DNA from: Minisyncoccota bacterium
GTDB taxonomy: Bacteria; Patescibacteriota; Minisyncoccia; Phycocordibacterales; UBA6065
Assembly (NCBI GenBank): GCA_036565605.1
Contig: DATCXV010000028.1
Span: forward strand, 1 to 53,589
Length of the DNA stretch: 53,589 nucleotides
Direction: 5' to 3'
In this document: positions 43,898 to 51,600 of the stretch, piece after piece
Numbering within the stretch: position 1 is the first letter of the stretch
Layout of the letters: every line of letters begins with the position of its first letter
Program-made: the position numbers and the translations under genes
The notes under the pieces: model-generated
Databases searched by the model: none
What the model saw: only the letters and a program-made list of their open reading frames with translations
What the model was told of the DNA's origin: nothing

Positions 43898-44137
43898 TTA
43901 ATTTTCTTTAACAGCGGTAGCAGGAAGAACGGGCGTAGGTGGTCTATCAAAGACCGAATCAGGAACTTCAAATTCCACCGTTACAACTGCTCGATCTTTT
44001 GGTTGGGATAGATATTCTTCACCGTGATGCGCTTGATTGTGTTCTTCGCAATGGGTTAGGACTTCATTGATCCACTGTGAAGCAATGATCGCCCTGCTGT
44101 AACCTTTCGATACGACTAGATGTGCTGTGACTTTCAT
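43898..44137 (-). CDS. Hypothetical small protein
   Basis: 79 aa with AAAGGAGAA 9-10 nt upstream of the ATG. A hairpin terminator lies downstream (43850-43900). AT-rich surroundings. Confidence 0.55.
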   Translation of the reverse strand: MKVTAHLVVSKGYSRAIIASQWINEVLTHCEEHNQAHHGEEYLSQPKDRAVVTVEFEVPDSVFDRPPTPVLPATAVKEN

Positions 44138-44417
44138 TTTTCAATAGTTCTCCTTTCAAGAAGACTTTCTTGTTTACTGGCCGAGCGGTAGATCTGACGA
44201 TAAAGATATACTGTTTTATATAAAAAGTCTAATTCTGTCATTTACGATTTCCGAACTCATAAAAAACTCAATACCTTACTATTCATTTGCAAATTTTCAC
44301 AAAAATAGAAAGTCAGTCGAATTATTTTTTTTCAGAACTCCTCTATTCTGGAAATACGTTGCATTATAAGCCCAAAAAAAAGATTTGAAGCCTTGAAACA
44401 CGCTTTTTTGCTTTTTG

Positions 44418-44489
44418 TGACCCTACGGGGAATCGAACCCCGATTTAGAGCTTGAGAAGCTCCCGTCCTGACCATTAGACGATAGGGCC
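44418..44489 (-). tRNA. tRNA-Glu (anticodon CTC)
   Basis: Reverse complement folds as GGCCCTA-TC-GTCT..GGAC-G-GGAGC-TTCTCAA-GCTCT-AAAT-CGGGG-TTCGATT-CCCCG-TAGGGTC-A. 72 nt; CCA is not encoded. Confidence 0.9.
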
Positions 44490-44543
44490 GCTTTCGTGGC
44501 TTTGTAAGGATAGCCGATATGAGCCGGTTTTTCAAGAAATTAG

Positions 44544-44552
44544 TGTTACAAT
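44544..44552 (+). promoter_or_regulatory. Extended -10 (TGtTACAAT), 7 nt upstream of ATG 44560
   Basis: tagTGtTACAATagccggcATG. Confidence 0.45.
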
Positions 44553-44559
44553 AGCCGGC

Positions 44560-44895
44560 ATGAAAAGTTATCTGATCGCGATCGTGATATTGGTTGTACT
44601 TGGTGCCTTGGCGTGGGGAATACAGACAGCTTATGCACCGGTTGCACCACAATCATCTGATATGACCGAAGGTCGTGTGACCAGCCTGCGCGCTTTCTTT
44701 GACGAGAACCTGGCCGCGCTGTCGCCGGAAAAACCGGTCTTGGGAGGTACGTTCTATGTCACGGACCTCGAGGCGCACGGTGGTGCAGGAACAATCCGCT
44801 ATGAAGACGGACATAACGCATACGTTGCAGACTTTCTTTATTCTGTCGACGAACAGGGTGGGGTCCGCGTTGAAACGTTCACGGTGCGCAAATAG
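44560..44895 (+). CDS. Small secreted/membrane-anchored hypothetical protein
   Basis: 111 aa with an N-terminal hydrophobic helix (LIAIVILVVLGALAWGI). Confidence 0.65.
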   Translation: MKSYLIAIVILVVLGALAWGIQTAYAPVAPQSSDMTEGRVTSLRAFFDENLAALSPEKPVLGGTFYVTDLEAHGGAGTIRYEDGHNAYVADFLYSVDEQGGVRVETFTVRK

Positions 44896-44916
44896 CTGCA
44901 CATAGTACCAAAATTT

Positions 44917-44946
44917 AAAACACCCTCGGCCAGGAGGGTGTTTTTC
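44917..44946. terminator. Bidirectional rho-independent terminator
   Basis: AAAAcaccctc-ggccag-gagggtgTTTTT, between convergent genes. Confidence 0.8.
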
Positions 44947-44965
44947 CGATGTCCCCAGCAAGTCT

Positions 44966-45304
44966 TTAGTTTGCGGGGAACATGCGGTCTCGATGGAGGG
45001 GAAGCTCGATGATGGGAGCCTCGTCCTCTAATCGGGCGAGCGCCTCAGCCGCGGCGCTTACGAAGGACAGTTTTTTGGGGAGGGGCGGAAGGCTGTGTTC
45101 CGTCCGTGCTGGCGAGATTTCCGCGCGAAACTCTGGCCTGTTCGCGAGGAAATCATGGGTCGCCTTCAGTACTTCTTTGTACCGGGCCCAGCAATCTTGC
45201 CGGGTCACGATGACAAATGAAGCGTTGGCGGCCGTCATTTCCTGCTCGTGCATGAGTCTGATGACATCACTCACGAGATCTGCGAGCTGGATCGCTGCTT
45301 TCAT
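44966..45304 (-). CDS. Hypothetical protein
   Basis: Start moved to ATG 45304 (MKAAIQLADL). The track's GTG start at 45325 is followed by codons TAT AAT that form the -10 box of a perfect consensus promoter. Confidence 0.6.
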   Translation of the reverse strand: MKAAIQLADLVSDVIRLMHEQEMTAANASFVIVTRQDCWARYKEVLKATHDFLANRPEFRAEISPARTEHSLPPLPKKLSFVSAAAEALARLEDEAPIIELPLHRDRMFPAN

Positions 45305-45316
45305 CAGTCTTTGTGT

Positions 45317-45345
45317 ATTATACACCCAGCTGTAAATTTTGTCAA
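45317..45345 (-). promoter_or_regulatory. Perfect consensus sigma-70 promoter TTGACA-17 nt-TATAAT
   Basis: Minus strand reads TTGACAaaatttacagctgggtgTATAAT, with 12 nt to ATG 45304. Confidence 0.7.
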
Positions 45346-45375
45346 TAGCAGGAAACGAAAAGCCAGATTTGGCAA

Positions 45376-45825
45376 CTAAAACAGGCTTTCGACGACTTCT
45401 TTGATATCAGCACCGTCGGCTTTACCCTTGAGCTCTTTCGAGACTGCACCAATAAGCTTGCCCATGCCGGCCTTATCAGTTACTCCAAGTTCTGCCTTTT
45501 TTGCTTCGGCTACTTTCTTGATCTCGTCTTTAGGTAGTCCGGCGGGTACGTATGCCTGCAAGATGGTGAGTTCCTTCTTTTCATTGTCGGCCAAATCTGC
45601 ACGGCCACCTTTCTCGAACTGTTCGATCGAATCTTTGCGCTGTTTGACCAGTCGCTTGATCACGGCCAAAACTTCGTCATCGGTGCCTTCGGTGGCAGAG
45701 CTTTTCTTGGCGATGAGTTCCTTTTGAACTTCGGCTTGGATGCCGCGCAAAACCAGCGTTCTGGTTTCGTCCTTGGCGATCATTGCTTCTTTCGTATGTG
45801 CTTTGATGGTTTGGTGTAGCGTCAT
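45376..45825 (-). CDS. GatB/YqeY domain-containing protein
   Basis: TLHQTIKAHTKEAMIAKDETRTLVLRGIQAEV...VIKRLVKQRKDSIEQFEKGGRADLADNEKKELTILQAYVP...GKLIGAVSKELKGKADG. ATG 45825 was chosen from the -10 spacing. Confidence 0.85.
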   Translation of the reverse strand: MTLHQTIKAHTKEAMIAKDETRTLVLRGIQAEVQKELIAKKSSATEGTDDEVLAVIKRLVKQRKDSIEQFEKGGRADLADNEKKELTILQAYVPAGLPKDEIKKVAEAKKAELGVTDKAGMGKLIGAVSKELKGKADGADIKEVVESLF

Positions 45826-45831
45826 GGCCAC

Positions 45832-45839
45832 AGTATACT
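45832..45839. promoter_or_regulatory. Overlapping back-to-back TATACT -10 boxes, each exactly 6 nt from a divergent ATG
   Basis: The plus strand reads catggccacAGTATACTataggcATG. Plus TATACT 45834-45839 leads to ATG 45846. Minus TATACT 45832-45837 leads to ATG 45825. Confidence 0.5.
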
Positions 45840-45845
45840 ATAGGC

Positions 45846-46949
45846 ATGTCAAACGTGCTGTTGATCGTCGTTGCTTTGATCATCGTGGCGGTGAACGCCT
45901 GCGTATTGTTTTTTGTCTTGCGCCGCAAGTCTGTCGAAACACCCAAGCAAGACGACACGGGATTGAAGCTAATTTTAGAGCAGGTGAACGAACTGAATCG
46001 CACCTTGGACAAGAAAATGGGCGAAACGAACCGTGCCGTAACCGAATCGATCCGCGATCAGCGCAATCAGTCCCAAGTTTTGGCAGGGGAGTCGCAGAAG
46101 TTAGTGGATCAATTCCTGCGCGAGATCAAGTCTGTGACCGAAAAAGTGACGCGCGTTGAAGAAACGGGCCGCCAAATGGTGTCGTTCGCGGATCAATTGC
46201 AGTCTTTACAGGACATCTTGAAGAATCCAAAGCAGCGCGGCGTTTTGGGTGAATATTATCTGGAGGCTCTCTTAAAGAACGTATTGCCACCGGGCAGTTA
46301 CGAGATGCAGTATCCATTCAAGGATGGTGAGATCGTTGATGCGATCGTTCGTATTAAAGACAAGATTGTACCGGTTGACTCGAAATTCTCGCTTGAAAAC
46401 TATAATCGCCTGGCGGAAACACGCGACGAAGCAGAACGTGGGCGCCTGGAAAAGCTTTTTGTGAACGATCTGAAGAATCGTATCTCCGAAACATCTAAAT
46501 ATATCCGTCCGGCCGAAGGAACCATGGATTTTGCCTTTATGTTTATTCCGCACGAAGCGATCTATTATGATCTGCTCGTGAACAAAGTTGGAGCTATTAC
46601 CGAAGAGACAGATAACCTGATCCAGCGCGCTGCTTCGAAATACAAAGTGATCATTGTTTCGCCGACGTCATTCCTTGCGTATCTTCAGACAGTGCTTCAG
46701 GGGTTGAAGGCGCTTCAGATCGAAGAAACGGCCAAAGATATTGTTGAACGAGTAGGGCAGCTGGGCAGGCATCTGAAAGCGTACGAGGAGTACCACAATA
46801 AATTGGGGAACAATCTTAATACAGTGGTGAATCAGTATAATTTCGCATCTAAGGAATTAAAGAAAGTAGATAAAGACGTTTTGCGCATTACCGGCACGGC
46901 TGTAGGCTTGGAACCGGTATTGACCGAAAAGACAGAAGATTTGGAATAG
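45846..46949 (+). CDS. rmuC: DNA recombination protein RmuC
   Basis: N-terminal TM helix, coiled coil, then RGVLGEYYLEALLKNVLP...IVDAIVRIKDKIVPVDSKF...DFAFMFIPHEAIYYDL. Confidence 0.88.
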   Translation: MSNVLLIVVALIIVAVNACVLFFVLRRKSVETPKQDDTGLKLILEQVNELNRTLDKKMGETNRAVTESIRDQRNQSQVLAGESQKLVDQFLREIKSVTEKVTRVEETGRQMVSFADQLQSLQDILKNPKQRGVLGEYYLEALLKNVLPPGSYEMQYPFKDGEIVDAIVRIKDKIVPVDSKFSLENYNRLAETRDEAERGRLEKLFVNDLKNRISETSKYIRPAEGTMDFAFMFIPHEAIYYDLLVNKVGAITEETDNLIQRAASKYKVIIVSPTSFLAYLQTVLQGLKALQIEETAKDIVERVGQLGRHLKAYEEYHNKLGNNLNTVVNQYNFASKELKKVDKDVLRITGTAVGLEPVLTEKTEDLE

Positions 46950-46952
46950 GCC

Positions 46953-46981
46953 TTGCATTTTAAAGGCCTTTATGCGATACT
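46953..46981 (+). promoter_or_regulatory. Candidate rplU promoter TTGCAT-17 nt-GATACT
   Basis: TTGCATtttaaaggcctttatgcGATACT. About 40 nt of leader with alternative hairpins follows. Confidence 0.4.
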
Positions 46982-47026
46982 AGACGGGCATCAAAAGCCC
47001 GTAACGGGCTCTTAATTTTCAAGGAA

Positions 47027-47380
47027 ATGGCTACAACTAAGGCACAAAAGGCGGTTACGGCAGGCGCTTTTGCGGTTATCGCAACGGGTGGCAAGCAGTA
47101 CAAAGTTGCTGTTGGCGACACTGTTAAGATCGAAAAGCTTCCGGGCGACCACAAAGTCGGCGGATCGGTCGTATTCGACCAGGTTCTTTTGGTCGACAAC
47201 GCAGGTGCTACGGTTGTCGGCGCGCCGTTTGTGAAGGGTGCAAAGGTTACGGCAGAAATTGCTGAGATCGATCGTGACGCAAAGATTACCGTCATTCACT
47301 ACAAGCAGAAGTCCAAGTATTTCAAAAAGTACGGACATCGCCAGCCATATTTCAAAGTAAAGATTGCTTCGATCGCGTAA
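47027..47380 (+). CDS. rplU: 50S ribosomal protein L21
   Basis: FAVIATGGKQYKVAVGDTVKIEKL...VVFDQVLLV...GAPFVKGAKVTAEI...KITVIHYKQKSKYFKKYGHRQPYFKVKI. Confidence 0.93.
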   Translation: MATTKAQKAVTAGAFAVIATGGKQYKVAVGDTVKIEKLPGDHKVGGSVVFDQVLLVDNAGATVVGAPFVKGAKVTAEIAEIDRDAKITVIHYKQKSKYFKKYGHRQPYFKVKIASIA

Positions 47381-47420
47381 TCGCGAAAGGGAAGCGAAAG
47401 ACAGACAAAAGTGAAGAAAG

Positions 47421-47447
47421 AAAAAACCGGCTCGAGCCGGTTTTTTC
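47421..47447. terminator. Bidirectional rho-independent terminator
   Basis: AAAAAAccggctcgagccggTTTTTT (perfect palindrome). Confidence 0.85.
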
Positions 47448-47475
47448 TTTTATTATTTTCTCTCTTTGGTTCCTA

Positions 47476-47730
47476 TCAGTCTCTGATGCTGCGAACGACG
47501 AGTTTTCTTTTGGTGACCTTGCGGGGTTTCGCTTTGACCGGGATTGTGCCTGCTTCAATATCTTTTTTAAGTTTCTCGATATCAGCGGTTTTATAGATGC
47601 GATAATTGGACATCGGATGGCGCGTGGTGGGGAGCTTGCCGGACTTGTCCCAGTTGCGCAAGGTGAGCGGAGTGACGCCCAGAGCGATTGCAGCATCTTT
47701 GATTGTCATGAACTCACGATGTTCTGTCAT
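47476..47730 (-). CDS. Small helix-turn-helix DNA-binding protein (MerR/excisionase-type HTH)
   Basis: MTIKDAAIALGVTPLTLRNWDKSGKLPTTRHPMSNYRIYKTADIEKL followed by a basic tail. Confidence 0.8.
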   Translation of the reverse strand: MTEHREFMTIKDAAIALGVTPLTLRNWDKSGKLPTTRHPMSNYRIYKTADIEKLKKDIEAGTIPVKAKPRKVTKRKLVVRSIRD

Positions 47731-47739
47731 ATGATCGCA

Positions 47740-47748
47740 AGTATATCA
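47740..47748 (-). promoter_or_regulatory. Extended -10 (TGaTATACT), 9 nt upstream of HTH-protein ATG
   Basis: Minus strand reads tgTGaTATACTtgcgatcatATG. Confidence 0.45.
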
Positions 47749-47790
47749 CATATCAATGTTTTGTAATGTGCGTTTTCAGCACTTTTTTAC

Positions 47791-47799
47791 TGATATACT
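47791..47799 (+). promoter_or_regulatory. Extended -10 (TGaTATACT), 7 nt upstream of lepB ATG
   Basis: acTGaTATACTtatatatATG. Confidence 0.45.
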
Positions 47800-47806
47800 T
47801 ATATAT

Positions 47807-48349
47807 ATGGATATGTCCGAGCGCACATTCAGTAAAAAAAATATCGCAGCGGTCGCTTTAGTAGCTTTCGTGACAGTTGTTCTTATTCGCCAATTCGTTT
47901 TCGAGGCGTTTTTTGTTCGTGGAGACTCGATGGTGCCAACACTTACGTCCGGTGAATTCGTCTTTGTGAACAAACTGGCATACCTTCACAATGACCCAAA
48001 GCGCGATGATATCATCGTGGTCATTCCGCGTGTCTATCCAGGTAGGGTTGTGAAGAGGGTAATTGGTCTTCCGGGCGAATGGCTTTCGATTGAAAACGGC
48101 ATCGTTTCGGTACGAGCTTCGAGAACTGAAAAAAGCGTCAATCTTGACGAAGGGTACCTAAATTCGTCTGATACTCCTGCCATTGGAAAGAGTAGAACGA
48201 ACATCGATCCGAACGAATACTATGTTCTCGGAGACAACCGTTTGGTGAGCATTGACTCACGTGAACTTGGCATGGTCGACCGTGGTTCTATCAAGGGAAG
48301 AGTGTTCGGAGCGTTCAATTTCAAAACGTTGAAATATAAGGGTTTTTAG
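47807..48349 (+). CDS. lepB: Signal peptidase I
   Basis: N-terminal TM helix; catalytic Ser box RGDSMVPTL; Lys box VKRVIGLPGE; GDNRLVSIDSR. Start moved to ATG 47807. Confidence 0.9.
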   Translation: MDMSERTFSKKNIAAVALVAFVTVVLIRQFVFEAFFVRGDSMVPTLTSGEFVFVNKLAYLHNDPKRDDIIVVIPRVYPGRVVKRVIGLPGEWLSIENGIVSVRASRTEKSVNLDEGYLNSSDTPAIGKSRTNIDPNEYYVLGDNRLVSIDSRELGMVDRGSIKGRVFGAFNFKTLKYKGF

Positions 48350-48447
48350 GAAAGTTATCTAGTAAGGTTTATAAAGGTTTAAGAAACAATAAAAAAGTTT
48401 ATAGAAAGTTAGCAGGTACTCGAATGGAAATACAAAAAGTCACTTAG

Positions 48448-48485
48448 AATCCCCTTTGCTCTCCAAAAGCGAAGGGGATTTTTTC
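48448..48485 (+). terminator. Rho-independent terminator after lepB
   Basis: aatcccctt...aaggggattTTTTc. Confidence 0.65.
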
Positions 48486-48654
48486 TGAAGAAAATCTTTC
48501 CGCATGGTGAAGATCCTTCAGTCCTGTATCGGCTGAAATTTCATATCGGTTGTCCACAGAAAATTGCCTAATTTCATAGGCCTTGGTCCATATAATTACC
48601 CCGTTAGTTTGATGGTCATCCGATACGGCGTATCGGATAGAAAAGAACCAACCC

Positions 48655-51600
48655 TTGAACCAGGATTTCGACAAAATCCCAGCAGGCGATCTTAAGTGGC
48701 TTTCGATGTCCGAAGCCGCATCGCTTACACCGTACTCGGCCGAGTACCTTTCTTTGCTTGCACGCAGGAAGAAGCTTTCGGCAAAGAAGATCGGAAAGAC
48801 CTGGTACACCACCAAAGCCGTACTCGACGAGTACATGAAGCGCCAGATGATCCGCACCCAGGTACTTCAGGGTGGCAATCTTTCTGCTCTTCAGATGGCA
48901 GAAGCTCCAAGGGAGACTATCAAAGAAGTTGCGGAGCCAGAGATTGCAGCTCCGCGACCTGCGGTTGTTTCGGCTGCGCCGGTCGCTAATCATCCCGAGA
49001 CAAAGCATATCCGCACGTATCAGCACGATTTGAAGACGTATCTCGAAAATCTTCATGCTCACAAGGAGGCTCCGTCTGTGCTGGTTCCTACGGTCGAAAA
49101 AAAGGCTGTGCCTGCGATCGAGCTTGCAGTTCCTGTAAAAGCTTTGTCCTCGTTCGTGCCGAATGTGCCTAAGCCTATCGTTGCGCCAGTTGTTGCTGTA
49201 AAGCCGGTAGCTCAAGCTCCTGTTCAGAATTTGGATGCTATTGCTTTGACATTGGCAGAGATCTCGAAAAAGCTTGAATCACTTCAGGCATCCCGCGCTG
49301 CGGAACCGGTTCAGGCTGTGTCTCGCTCTGGCTTTGTGCGCAATAATCCTTTTGTTACGGCATCGCGCATTGCGTTCAGCAAGAAGCCGTTGGCGTTCGT
49401 GACGATCGTGACTGTTCTGTTCTTCACGATCTTCCCGACGCCGTTTGTTTATGGCTTTGTGGACAAAATCTATACTGCCGTCAAAAAGTCTGTCTTTGAT
49501 GCCTCGACGGTTATGGGATTCCGCCCAGGCACACACGAGAATGAAATCTTGCTCTTGGATAAGGAAGGTAATGTTTCGATTATGGGTCATATCGAGACCG
49601 AAGGACAGTTCCGCTCGTATGCTAAAGACGGCATTGCGCCGATCGTTGTTGATTCGAAGACCGAAGTTAAGAATTTGAACGCTGAATTTGTCGGTGGAGT
49701 TCCGGCGAGCGGATTCACCCTGGCTTATGTCACCAAGAACGGTGCGGTTACAACTGATGATGTTTTCTTTGAAGGATCAGTCGAAGTGGGAAAGACGCTC
49801 TTGGTTAAAGGTGCGACAAAGCTTCTTTCCAGCGTACAGGTCGATGGAGATATTGCAGTCTTCGGCGATGCGCACTTCAATCGCTCTCTTCATGTAAATG
49901 GTCCAGCGTATCTTGATGCGATCGTAAACACGGGTACCGCATCGCTTGGCAATGTTTCGGTCTCGCGCAATATAAGTGTTCGCGGATCGATCGATGTTGG
50001 TCAGGCAGTGGTTGCACGCTCGGGATCGTTCCGTCGACTTTCGACGGGAGACTTCGAAGCGACTGGCGAAATCGCATTGGGCAATCCTTCGGATACGATT
50101 ACGATCGACGCTAAAAATCTTTCGATCACTGACGATGGCGGAGCAACCTTCCATGCAGGCGTGAGCGTCGCAGACGATCTTTCGGTCGGCGGCACCATTA
50201 CAGCGTCGGCACTTTCGGTCGGCTCGCTCTCGGTGTCATCGATCCTTGCTAATGGTGTCACGCTCGGAGATCTGATCGCGTCGTCGACAATTGCAGAATT
50301 CTCGACAACAACGAATGCTACGACGACTAATTTGTTCGCGCAGTCGCTTTCGTCACTTTTTGCGGACATAGCATCGTTGGTTGCTGATGACATATCAGTC
50401 GGTGCGCTCACGGCCGAACGTTCAACTACGACGCAGTCGACATCGACCAGTGCTTTTGCAGAAAATCTGTCCGCAACCAATGCGACTACCACCAATTCGT
50501 ACGCTACGCGCTCATATATAGAGAGCCTGATCGCAGAGAGTGCTATTATTTCGAGCCTTGTCTCGTCTGATGCTACTTCCACAAATGCAACTTCCACAAA
50601 CCTTTTCGCGCAGAGCTTGCGCGCGACGGGTCTTTCTGCGGGCAGCGCTTCAATAGACGATGCAACGATTGCTTCGCTTCAGTTCACGAACGCTACTGGT
50701 ACCGCTGCGACGACAACGAATCTTTTCTCGTCATTCGCAAGGATCACTACGGGTGTCATTGATAGTTTCTCGTCGACGCTTTCCAACATTTCATCGCTTG
50801 TTGCAGACAATATCGATGTTGGTGCTCTGACTGTAACGAATTCTACGACCACTAACGCTACGACTACCAATCTGTATTCGTCGGTGGCGACGATTGGTGG
50901 TGACACACTTGTTGTCGATAGCTCGCACAATGTAGGCATCGGCACTTCTTCGCCGTCGCAGAAACTTTCCATCGCAGGTAATGCATATATCGCGGGTAAC
51001 ACTTACACAGCAGGCAACGGAACGACTACGGGCGTTATCGCGGTCACAGGAACAGGTACCTCGACCTTCTCGGGAGATGTAAGCGTTGCTGGTAACTTGT
51101 CTTTCGGTTCGGGTACTGGAAATACAATTGCGATCAATTCGGCCGTAGCATCGAATCTTGTTCCAGATACTAATATTATGCGCGACATAGGTTCGCCGTC
51201 TTATTACTGGAGGACCGGATATTTCGATACTATTAATGTAAACAGCATCTCGGCTGCTTCGACAACAATTGCAGGTACTGCATCGAATGATTTCACCATC
51301 AATTCAAATAACGTTTCCGTTGATGCTGAAGATTCGAACCTTATCTTTAAGCGCGGCGCAGTAACCCCGAATGCAGTCTTGGGTTGGAGCTCAGTAGATA
51401 AGAGGTTCTCATTCAACCAGCCGCTCTTCATTCAGAACGCATCAAACGGTACGGGCGTCACGTTGGATATCCGAGGCAACTCTGCTCAGACGGGAAATCT
51501 TTTCCAGGTCTCATCGTCAACGGGTAGCATGTATTTGACGGTCGCTAACAATGGCAACGTCGGCATCGGCACTTCTTCACCATCGCAGGCTTTGTCGGTG

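Noticed and set aside
42928-44489. Integrated element at tRNA-Glu, analogous to the tRNA-Asn islet.
   Set aside because: No integrase and no significant direct repeat of the tRNA 3' end. The best match is 7 nt (gtgaccc at about 43767). It is retained only as a compositional oddity.
44332-44652. 106-aa minus-strand ORF, and likewise the 135-aa ORF at 8163-8570.
   Set aside because: Both read straight through tRNA genes (tRNA-Glu and tRNA-Asn respectively) and through terminator hairpins. Only the internal part of the 8.2-kb one is kept, as a low-confidence remnant.
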